NCBI GenBank assembly: GCA_964010765.1 | Contig: CAXGMD010000070.1 | Coordinates: 1 to 18,678, forward strand | Length of the DNA: 18,678 nt | Reading direction: 5' to 3' | From: an uncultured bacterium | GTDB taxonomy: Bacteria > SAR324 > NAC60-12 | Shown: positions 7,022 through 15,124 of the stretch, piece after piece | Position numbering within the stretch: position 1 is the stretch's first letter | How the letters are laid out: each line of letters begins with the position of its first letter | Translations under genes and position numbers: made by a program | Notes under the pieces: generated by a model | Seen by the model: the letters and a program-made list of their open reading frames with translations, nothing else | Database searches by the model: none | What the model was told of the DNA's origin: nothing

Positions 7022-8350
7022 ATGACAGCTAACCATTTTCAGTCTCCTGCTTTTCCTGCAATCAGATTTCCTCACTTGGCTGAAGTTAAATTGCCACCAC
7101 TTCATAGAGTGAGGATCAGACATCCCCAAGCACCTGCCCTTCAGAATCTAGAGAAAATGGTGGCCGATGTTCTGAAAAACTGCCAGAAACTCCAGCAAAT
7201 CCCAAGAGGATCTGAGGTTGCCATTGCTGTTGGGAGTCGAGGAATTGCTAAGATTGATACCATCACCAGAACTGTGGTGAGTCAGCTAAAGGTCTGGAAC
7301 CTCAAACCGTTCATTGTCCCAGCCATGGGGAGTCATGGAGGAGGTACTGATGATGGACAGCAAGAAGTACTGAAAAAGTTGGGAATTGACGAAGAGAGCA
7401 TGGGGTGTGAAATCCGCTCTTCCATGAAAACAGTGGACTACGGGTCGATCGGTGATGGAATCCATTGTCATTTCGATGCCAATGCAGCTGGGGCTGCGGG
7501 GATTATCCTTGTAAATCGAGTTAAAGCCCACACGAGCTTTCCTAGAGAAATTGAAAGTGGGTTGATCAAGCTGATCGCAGTGGGTCTAGGGAAAGCCGAA
7601 GGAGCTCGCTCTGTTCACAGAATTGGCCCTAAAGGATTACAAGAGATATTACCTAAGCTTGCTGAGAGAGCGATTCTCTCTGCTCCGATCAAGGCAGGCA
7701 TAGCACTCATTGAAAATGCCAATCGGGAAATTTGTCATATTGAACCTGTGGAGCCGGAGGCACTTTTTGAAACAGAGAAAAGACTTCTGCGCAAAGCCAA
7801 AAGCCTGATGCCCAGTTTACCATTTGATCAGCTGGATGCATTGATCGTTGAGGAGTTTGGCAAGGAGATTTCTGGAGCTGGGCTAGATCCGCACATTTCA
7901 GGTAGAACAGATATTCGAGGTGTGGAAAATCCCTCTACGCCCTTCATCCACAAAATCGCTGCTCTGAGAATGACAGCAGCCACCAATCGAAACGGGATGG
8001 GCACTGGCATGGTGGACTTCCTGCCACAGCCAACAGCCAACAAACTTGATCTCCATTCAATGTACATGAATGCAGTTTCATCCACTGTGCTGGAAAAAGC
8101 CTTCTTACCCATCGTTCTTGCCAATGATCAGGAAGTCATTCGGGCTCTAGTAGCCACTTGCTGGAAGCCAGAAATAAATTTGATTCGACTGGCCCAGATT
8201 CGCTCCACGCTTCACCTCAACGAAATTCTACTGACCACACCACTCTTTCAGGAAGCCCAATCAAAAGGTGCCATTGCTTCCTTTGAAGATCAGACAGAAT
8301 CTTTCAAATTTGACTCATCCGGCCAACTCTTGACCAAAGTTCAGTGCTAA
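7022..8350 (+). CDS. LarA-like (lactate racemase N-terminal domain/DUF2088-DUF362-type) putative hydroxy-acid racemase/epimerase
   Basis: AIAVGSRGI, PFIVPAMGSHGG, NRVKAHTSF, ESGLIKLIAVGLGK...SVH, GKEISGAGLD. His/His/Lys/His spacing resembles the LarA active site. Family recognised by eye; substrate unknown. Confidence 0.78.
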   Translation: MTANHFQSPAFPAIRFPHLAEVKLPPLHRVRIRHPQAPALQNLEKMVADVLKNCQKLQQIPRGSEVAIAVGSRGIAKIDTITRTVVSQLKVWNLKPFIVPAMGSHGGGTDDGQQEVLKKLGIDEESMGCEIRSSMKTVDYGSIGDGIHCHFDANAAGAAGIILVNRVKAHTSFPREIESGLIKLIAVGLGKAEGARSVHRIGPKGLQEILPKLAERAILSAPIKAGIALIENANREICHIEPVEPEALFETEKRLLRKAKSLMPSLPFDQLDALIVEEFGKEISGAGLDPHISGRTDIRGVENPSTPFIHKIAALRMTAATNRNGMGTGMVDFLPQPTANKLDLHSMYMNAVSSTVLEKAFLPIVLANDQEVIRALVATCWKPEINLIRLAQIRSTLHLNEILLTTPLFQEAQSKGAIASFEDQTESFKFDSSGQLLTKVQC

Positions 8351-8376
8351 TAAACCAACACTCTTCCTAGGCAGTT

Positions 8377-9936
8377 ATGAGCAGACCAAACATTTTGATC
8401 ATCACCACCGACCAGCACCGCGGTGATTGTTATGGATTCGAGGGACGTAAAGTCAAAACACCCCATATCGATCAATTAGCCGCAGAGGGGACACGATTTC
8501 AACACTGCATCACCCCAAGCGCGATGTGCCAGCCAGCTCGTGCAAGTATGTTAACGGGCCTCTACCCACTCACCCACGGAGTGGTGGATAATGGGATCGA
8601 TCTTCCTTCTGAGACAGGAGATGCAGGCTTCGCTGGTCAGCTTGGTCGCAACGGCTACCACACTGCATTTATTGGCAAAGCTCATTTCTCCTCTTACAAC
8701 ACCTTCTCTCCGACAGGTACCCCAGAGTGCCACCAAAGCTCTCCAAATTTCGCAGATGACTGGACTGGGCCCTACATGGGATTTGAAGAAGCCCAGTTGC
8801 TGGTGCTGGGTCATGAACTAAAAGAGATGGCCAGCGCCCCCAAAGGTCTCCACTACGAACGCTGGCTACGGAGAGATGGCCACGGTCAGAAAAAACTGGA
8901 CCTCTATGGAACCAAGCTACCACCGGACGTTGGCGCCATCCAGACCTGGAACTCGGCAATGCCTGTCGCCTGGCATCATTCCAGTTGGATCGGAGACCGA
9001 GTTATCGATTATCTGGGCCGACGTAAAGAAGGAAAGCCTTTCTGTCTCTGGGCTTCCTTTTCGGATCCCCACATGCCCTTTGACTGTCCGGAACCATGGT
9101 CACGACTTCACCATCCCGAAGAAGTGGACTTACCTCCCTTCCGAACGAGGGAACTGCACAAACGTCCCTGGTGGCACAAAGCCTATGTGGAAGATCGCTC
9201 CGTCGATCCAGAATTGGATGTAGCCATCTATGATCATGAGCAATCCCTCCATCGTTTGCCAAAACGCAATGGTCGAGCCAGGAACTATAATGACACAGAA
9301 TTTCAGCTCAGACATACGATCGCCAACTACTACGGTATGATTTCATTGATTGATCACAACGTGGGCCGAATTCTCAACGCACTCGATGAGCAGGGATTAG
9401 CAGAGAACACCGTAGTACTGTTTACCTCAGACCATGGGGATTGGCTGGGTGATCATGGGATGATGCTGAAGGGCCCGATGTTCTATGAAGGACTACTCAG
9501 AGTAGCGATGATCCTTAGGGGACCAGGAATTCCTGCAGGACAGATTTCACAAGAACCTGTTTCAAATACTGACATTGCTGCTTCAGCCTTGGATTGGGCC
9601 GGTGTCAGACCTGAACTGGCTCCTCATGGCCAAAGCTTGAAAACATTAATTGATCAACCTTCCGCAACTCGAGACTTTGCCTACGGGGAATGGGATCTCA
9701 ATCCCCAAAATTGGGGGTTGGACCTCAAATTGCGGGTTGTGCGAACAACTCGTCACAAGATGACCATGGAAATGAACTCAGGTGCTGGGGAACTCTATGA
9801 CCTGCAAGAAGATCCTCATGAAACCACCAACCTGTTTGACCAAGAGAGCAAATTGAAAAAAGAATTTGAGGACATGATTCGCTCTAGACCGAATGATCAA
9901 ATCCGTGAAGCATTGGTACCTTCTGGCCTGCATTGA
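8377..9936 (+). CDS. Cys-type (formylglycine-dependent) sulfatase, cytoplasmic
   Basis: PNILIITTDQH, CQPARASMLTG (CxPxR), GKAH, DPH, SDHGD, MLKG, ELYDLQEDPHE; no signal peptide. Confidence 0.95.
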   Translation: MSRPNILIITTDQHRGDCYGFEGRKVKTPHIDQLAAEGTRFQHCITPSAMCQPARASMLTGLYPLTHGVVDNGIDLPSETGDAGFAGQLGRNGYHTAFIGKAHFSSYNTFSPTGTPECHQSSPNFADDWTGPYMGFEEAQLLVLGHELKEMASAPKGLHYERWLRRDGHGQKKLDLYGTKLPPDVGAIQTWNSAMPVAWHHSSWIGDRVIDYLGRRKEGKPFCLWASFSDPHMPFDCPEPWSRLHHPEEVDLPPFRTRELHKRPWWHKAYVEDRSVDPELDVAIYDHEQSLHRLPKRNGRARNYNDTEFQLRHTIANYYGMISLIDHNVGRILNALDEQGLAENTVVLFTSDHGDWLGDHGMMLKGPMFYEGLLRVAMILRGPGIPAGQISQEPVSNTDIAASALDWAGVRPELAPHGQSLKTLIDQPSATRDFAYGEWDLNPQNWGLDLKLRVVRTTRHKMTMEMNSGAGELYDLQEDPHETTNLFDQESKLKKEFEDMIRSRPNDQIREALVPSGLH

Positions 9937-9944
9937 TGGGTTGA

Positions 9945-10643
9945 ATGCAGATACCCAAATCTCTCCCCAACCGACGCTACAACCAGATCACTCGACAGCT
10001 GATTGAGTCCATCCAGGCCGGGGAGTATCCTGTCGGGGACAAGCTGCCCCCAGAGAGAGAACTCGCTGAAAAGTTGAACGTCAGTCGCACAACCCTGCGC
10101 GAAGCTTTTATTGCTTTGGAGTTGATGCGGTATGTGGACATCCGCATTGGTTCAGGGATTTATGTGTTGCCGGAAGCAGCGCGTGAGGTCGAAAACAGTC
10201 CGAAGTTACAGCATGACCCAGGTCCTTCAGATCAACTCGAAATCCGCAGATTGATCGAGGGCCATTTGGCCTACAAAGCTGCGCTCAATGCGGAGGAAAA
10301 GGACATTCAGAAATTGCAGGAGTTGCTTGAGTTGATGGATCAACACAAGAGGGATGCTGCCGAGTTTGAGAAATTTGATCAGCAGTTTCATCTAGCCATT
10401 GCCAAGGCTTCGGGGAATGTCTTGGGACCCAATTTGGTTAAATGGCTTTGGAACTTGAGAGAAGCAGAAATGTTCTTCAGTTGGTTTTCAAAAACACGAT
10501 CTGAGAGTTACCGCCAAAGAACCGTTCGCGATCATGAAAAAATCCTCAAAGGCATTTCGATGCGTATGCCGGATGTAGCCATGACAGCCATGCAGCATCA
10601 CATCGATGTCATTCGTGAAAGGTTCTTTGACCAAAACATTTGA
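9945..10643 (+). CDS. GntR-family, FadR-subfamily transcriptional regulator (wHTH + FCD)
   Basis: GDKLPPERELAEKLNVSRTTLREA, EIRRLIE, DQQFHLAIAKASGN, DHEKI, MQHH. Confidence 0.96.
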   Translation: MQIPKSLPNRRYNQITRQLIESIQAGEYPVGDKLPPERELAEKLNVSRTTLREAFIALELMRYVDIRIGSGIYVLPEAAREVENSPKLQHDPGPSDQLEIRRLIEGHLAYKAALNAEEKDIQKLQELLELMDQHKRDAAEFEKFDQQFHLAIAKASGNVLGPNLVKWLWNLREAEMFFSWFSKTRSESYRQRTVRDHEKILKGISMRMPDVAMTAMQHHIDVIRERFFDQNI

Positions 10644-10675
10644 TTTGCAAATTATCTGGGCCCCTCAATCATTCA

Positions 10676-12139
10676 TTACATTGGGCCAATGCATTCTGGG
10701 CCTAGATCAATGGCTTGCATTGAGGCGTCAAAACTTTTGATGATCATCTGTAGTTTAATCTCTGAATGATCTTGGTTGTCCCAAAGGTTGTCAAACTCCC
10801 CAGGATCCTGATCCAAATCGTAGAGTTCCCCAAGACCGATTCCATGATACATCACTAGCTTGTAGCGTTCATCCCTCAGCATGGTCGCCCGCGAGTGATA
10901 GGGTTGATTGAGGGCGTCATAGAACTCGCTACGAATATGGGGCTTGTGAAAATCTGGTTTTGCCGAACCTGAGATTATTGGCCAGAGAGATTTCCCCTGC
11001 ATGTAATTGGGCTGTTCGATCCCGCACACCTCCAGCAAGGTCGGTGTGATGTCCATCAGTTCCACCAGTGCGTCACTCTGCAGATTGCTCTTTACTTGCC
11101 CTGGCCATGAAAAAATCAATGGAACGCGTACCAGCCCATCAAAGAATCGGCATCCTTTTTCGATCAGCCCATGGTCTCCAAGAGATTCCCCATGATCTGT
11201 GGCGTAGATGATCAGTGTATTCTCCAGTTGATTCGTGGCTTCGAGGTAATCCACTAAACGACCGAATTGATCATCGATCAGTTTAATCATTGCATAATAA
11301 GCAGCCTTGAGGGTCCAGGCGTCCTTGGCTCCAGGTGATGGCTCCGCTCCCCGAACGCTGTCTGCAGTTGGTGTTCTTGGTAGGATTGGATCACAAATAT
11401 CCAGATCCTCTGGTCGTCGAACCTTCGATTGGAAGTCGATGGGCTCCAGAATTTTCTGCTGAACCAGATCTGACTCACGAAAGAGGGGATCGGGCATCTG
11501 CTTGGGATCAAAGAGATCACGATACTGCTGAGGTGGGTTGAAGGGAGGATGAGGATCATAGACATTGATGCTGAGAAACCAAGGTCCTTGACGCTTTTCC
11601 TGAATGAAATCAATAGCACGATCGGTTCCCCAGGTGGTTTGGTGAAACTCCGCTGGAATTCCCTGAATATCCTTCACCAACTCTTTTAGTACTCCCCCTT
11701 TTTGGTGGACCCAATCGGCATAGTCATGACCTCCCTGCCAGTCATCACGAGGCGCATGACTCCACTTGAAGAAACGGTATCCATCATCGACTCTCGGTTC
11801 CACACGCTGGAAAGAACTAGCCAAGTGTAGTTTACCCACTAGGCCGCAGTCATAGCCCTGTTCACTAAGAATTTTTGATATCAGGGGGTATTGATCTGCA
11901 TAGGTAAAATTGCCATTACGCGGGGCTCTTATCGCATTTGGATAACAACCCGTAAGGAAGCTTGCACGACTTGGAGTACAGATCGGAGACTGGCAATAGT
12001 TCTTCGTGAAAGCAGTACCTCGATGTACCAATCGATCAATGTTTGGTGTGATCACATGAGGATTGTTCAGGGCACCAATCGTGTCGTAGCGTTGCTGATC
12101 AGTGCAGTACCAGAGGATATTTGGTAAATCTTTTTTCAT
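10676..12139 (-). CDS. Second Cys-type sulfatase, cytoplasmic (487 aa)
   Basis: Start moved from 12211 to ATG 12139 (MKKDLPNILWYCTDQQR), which removes the overlap with the divergent gene. CTPSRASFLTG, GKLH, DPHPP, TDHGE, IEKG, ELYDLDQDPGE. Confidence 0.94.
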   Translation of the reverse strand: MKKDLPNILWYCTDQQRYDTIGALNNPHVITPNIDRLVHRGTAFTKNYCQSPICTPSRASFLTGCYPNAIRAPRNGNFTYADQYPLISKILSEQGYDCGLVGKLHLASSFQRVEPRVDDGYRFFKWSHAPRDDWQGGHDYADWVHQKGGVLKELVKDIQGIPAEFHQTTWGTDRAIDFIQEKRQGPWFLSINVYDPHPPFNPPQQYRDLFDPKQMPDPLFRESDLVQQKILEPIDFQSKVRRPEDLDICDPILPRTPTADSVRGAEPSPGAKDAWTLKAAYYAMIKLIDDQFGRLVDYLEATNQLENTLIIYATDHGESLGDHGLIEKGCRFFDGLVRVPLIFSWPGQVKSNLQSDALVELMDITPTLLEVCGIEQPNYMQGKSLWPIISGSAKPDFHKPHIRSEFYDALNQPYHSRATMLRDERYKLVMYHGIGLGELYDLDQDPGEFDNLWDNQDHSEIKLQMIIKSFDASMQAIDLGPECIGPM

Positions 12140-12172
12140 TTCAAACTCTTGCTGGGATTTTGGAAAAACCGA

Positions 12173-12200
12173 ATTATAGACGGATAAGATGAAAATACAA
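12173..12200 (-). promoter_or_regulatory. Candidate sigma70 promoter for the second sulfatase
   Basis: Minus strand TTGTAT (12200-12195), 16-nt spacer, TATAAT (12178-12173), 33 nt upstream of ATG 12139. Confidence 0.45.
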
Positions 12201-13289
12201 CGCGTTGTCACGAAACATCTTGCTTTCGAGCTGGATGATCGCTTTTGGAATTCTCAGCAACGCTGGGCAAAGAAAGACATTGTTCTGGTTTTTATCGAAA
12301 CGGATAATGGACTGATTGGGGTTGGAGAAGGCTGGACGCCGGGGGCATCGCCAAAGGCTTTGATGCAAACCATCGAAGAGGATGTTGGCCCAAGATTGAT
12401 TGGACAAGACCCCCGCTACCACACAAAAATTTTTGCAGAGGTTTGGAAAACAACTGCCTTGAATGCACGAAGAGGGATTCTCTCGATTGCTCTCAGTTCT
12501 GTTGATCTCGCTCTGTGGGATTTAGTTGGAAAAGCCTTGCAGACTCCAGTTTACCAATTACTGGGAGCCTTCACAGATCAGGTACCTTGCTATGCCAGTG
12601 CTGGCTTGTACGGGAAAGGTAAGGATGAAACTGCCCTTGCGGAAGAGATGCAAGGCTACCTGGCGCAGGGGTTCAGTGATGTGAAGATGAAGGTTGGTGG
12701 CGTTCCCATAGAAGAAGACGTCAAGCGTGTCAAGGCAGTTAGAGGTGCAATTGGACCAAGAGCACGTCTGATGGTTGATGCCAACTACACCCTGAATGTT
12801 CCAAAATCACTGAAGATGGCGCAGGCTTTTGAGCCTTACGAAATCTACTGGCTCGAAGCTCCTGTTTCACCAGATGATGTGAGTGGCCAAGCAAAGGTCA
12901 ATGCTCTCAGCCCAATTCCTGTCTGTGGAAACGAAACCGAGACTGGGATTGACCGATTTCGGGAGTTGATCACTCAGCGAGCAGTCGAGTTTGTACAATT
13001 TGACATCGCAGCCTGTGGAGGTATCTCCGAGGGACGCAGGATCGCAGACCTTGCTGCAGCGTTTCATCTTCCCTGCACCCTTCACGCTTCTTCAACTGGG
13101 ATTCTTCTCGCCGCAAGCCTGCACCTGGCAGCAAGTCTGCCTAATCTCGACTCAGTTGAATACCACATGTTTCACCAGTGGCTTTTCGACAAATGTCCGT
13201 CCAGCGCCTTCAAACCTAACGCTGGGGGATTCGTTCGTCCACCAGACGGACCAGGATTTGGCCTGGAGATTCATTATGATGATCTATGA
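12189..13289 (+). CDS. Mandelate racemase/muconate lactonizing enzyme family (enolase superfamily), probable acid-sugar dehydratase or cycloisomerase
   Basis: DLALWDLVGK, KMK (KxK), metal ligands D (MVDAN), E (WLEAP), E (GNET), Asp/His dyad (QFD...TLH), PDGPGFG. Confidence 0.93.
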   Translation: MKIQRVVTKHLAFELDDRFWNSQQRWAKKDIVLVFIETDNGLIGVGEGWTPGASPKALMQTIEEDVGPRLIGQDPRYHTKIFAEVWKTTALNARRGILSIALSSVDLALWDLVGKALQTPVYQLLGAFTDQVPCYASAGLYGKGKDETALAEEMQGYLAQGFSDVKMKVGGVPIEEDVKRVKAVRGAIGPRARLMVDANYTLNVPKSLKMAQAFEPYEIYWLEAPVSPDDVSGQAKVNALSPIPVCGNETETGIDRFRELITQRAVEFVQFDIAACGGISEGRRIADLAAAFHLPCTLHASSTGILLAASLHLAASLPNLDSVEYHMFHQWLFDKCPSSAFKPNAGGFVRPPDGPGFGLEIHYDDL

Positions 13290-13304
13290 CCTGCAACCTC
13301 TCAC

Positions 13305-14483
13305 TCACTTGACAACGACACGGTCAATTTTTGTTTTTTCAATCAAATCCCAGTCATAGTCCACCCCCAAACCCGGAGACTGGGACACTTCCACCATTCC
13401 ATTGGCGTTGATACAGTCCAACTCATCTGAGTAGCCATTGCGATAAATTGGCAGTTGCCAGGGATTTGGGGCAGCAGGATGGACCAGATTGACTTCATAG
13501 TAGTTACTGCGGGAGAGGGCGGCCATCAGTTGACGCATTGCAGGACCACAAGAATGTACCTCCACATCAATTCCCATTGCTTCAGCAGCAATCGCAGCCT
13601 TGTAGCAACCGGTGATGCCTCCATCATAGTCAGGATCAACCCGACCAAAATCCGTCGCCCCAGAGATCATCAAATCTGTATGTGTCTCTACAGTGCGGAC
13701 ATGCTCGCCAATCATGATCGGGGTTTGAACCTTTTGCTTGAGAAGCTTATGGCCTGAAAAGCTGAGACCTCCATCTGCGAAGGGATCTTCGTACCAGAGT
13801 AGGTTGTACTCATCACAAACTTGGCCAACACGAATCGCATCGGTTAGAGTTTTTAGATGGCAAGAGGCGTCATACATCACTTCCATTTTTCCACTAACAC
13901 GGTCGGCTACAGCTCTAATCATCTTCGACTCTCTTTTCGGATCTCCTTCTTTCCACCCGTGCATCTTGAAGCCTGGATAGCCAAGCTCCAAACAGCTTTC
14001 TGCAAAATCAGCATAGGCTTCTGGGTGGCTCAACCCACCTTGCTGCTCATCCCCATGAATTGTGCTCGCATACGCAGGTAATTGCCAACGATGACCTCCC
14101 AGCATTTGGGCAATCGAGAGTCCAGAGCATTTGCCAGCTAGATCCCAAAGTGCAATGTCCAAAGCCCCAATACCAGCTTCGCCGACATGTTTGGTGAGTC
14201 TCCGCATCGTTTGATAGTGTCTCTCCCGCTCCAAGCCTGGTTTGTTGAGGAGAGCGTGAGCCAAGGCAACACCTGCAGACATTAAGACTGTGGCCCGAGA
14301 CTTTGGAGGAACATACTCTCCAACTACCCCCTCATCCGTTAAAATTCTGACACTAAATCGTTTTTGGGGTGTACCTACTCCAGGCTCGTACCAAACTCCA
14401 AATCCCGAAGGATCGGCTGCAATGTTGGGGATACTAACCTCAAAGAGTGTAAATTCGATTTCTTGAATTCTAGGACTTTGCAT
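13305..14483 (-). CDS. Second mandelate racemase/muconate lactonizing family enzyme (KxH variant)
   Basis: DIALWDLAGK, GFKMHGW, MYDAS, WYEDP, IGEH, RVD, EVH, PGLGVDYD. Confidence 0.92.
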   Translation of the reverse strand: MQSPRIQEIEFTLFEVSIPNIAADPSGFGVWYEPGVGTPQKRFSVRILTDEGVVGEYVPPKSRATVLMSAGVALAHALLNKPGLERERHYQTMRRLTKHVGEAGIGALDIALWDLAGKCSGLSIAQMLGGHRWQLPAYASTIHGDEQQGGLSHPEAYADFAESCLELGYPGFKMHGWKEGDPKRESKMIRAVADRVSGKMEVMYDASCHLKTLTDAIRVGQVCDEYNLLWYEDPFADGGLSFSGHKLLKQKVQTPIMIGEHVRTVETHTDLMISGATDFGRVDPDYDGGITGCYKAAIAAEAMGIDVEVHSCGPAMRQLMAALSRSNYYEVNLVHPAAPNPWQLPIYRNGYSDELDCINANGMVEVSQSPGLGVDYDWDLIEKTKIDRVVVK

Positions 14484-14651
14484 GAGTTGGATTTGTTGAA
14501 TGAGAAAAATGGTTTGTTGTGAATGACTTGACTACCTTTGGTCAGGAGATTAGGAATGCAAACTCTTTCTGTGAGCTAAGATTTCAACATGCTGATCGCA
14601 CTCCCTCTTACTGATTAAATCTACCCTCCAAAATTCTTAATTGAGATAATT

Positions 14652-15059
14652 ATGAATCAAGAAGATTTACAGAAACTTAAAGAAACCAACAGTTGCCCCA
14701 CAGGAGATTTTGAGGGAGCCGATCTATCCGGCATGGATTTGCGCCGAGCAAATCTAAGTGGCGCAGCTTTGAAAAAAGCTAATCTCAGGAATGCAGATCT
14801 GACCGAAGCAAATTTGAGCGTAGCTGACCTCACTCACGCAAATTTACAAGAAGCGAAGATTCGCCAAGCTAACCTTGAGGGTACTTTACTGGTTAATGCA
14901 GACTTACGCCACGCTAATCTGGGCAGTGCCAACTTGATGTTCGCTGATCTCAGTAAAGCAGATTTATACAAGGCCAACTTAACCAACGCCTCCATTTCAG
15001 AGGCAAAATTTTGTAGTACGACTCTACCTGATGGGAAGATTAGCAACCGGGATTGTTGA
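14652..15059 (+). CDS. Pentapeptide repeat protein (Rfr fold)
   Basis: About 21 uninterrupted A(D/N)Lxx repeats from GDFEG to AKFCS, with C-terminal cap FCSTTLPDG...C. Confidence 0.95.
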   Translation: MNQEDLQKLKETNSCPTGDFEGADLSGMDLRRANLSGAALKKANLRNADLTEANLSVADLTHANLQEAKIRQANLEGTLLVNADLRHANLGSANLMFADLSKADLYKANLTNASISEAKFCSTTLPDGKISNRDC

Positions 15060-15124
15060 ATAATTTTCTCCTTGATGAACTGAAAACTCTCTAAACATTA
15101 ACCTGTAAACTTACCGGAAAAAAC

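Noticed and set aside
5306..7129. Long minus-strand ORFs (96, 176, 204 aa)
   Set aside because: Typical antisense open frames of hydrophobic membrane-protein genes (tctB, tctA).
12140..12211. 24-aa N-terminal extension of the second sulfatase as a possible signal peptide
   Set aside because: It overlaps the divergent MR gene start and lacks a hydrophobic core; the PNIL strand follows Met 12139 at the usual distance.
14652..15059. Pentapeptide gene as a qnr resistance gene, or as a DNA repeat/CRISPR array
   Set aside because: Too short for Qnr and lacks its loops; the periodicity is at protein level, with no identical nucleotide repeats or spacers.
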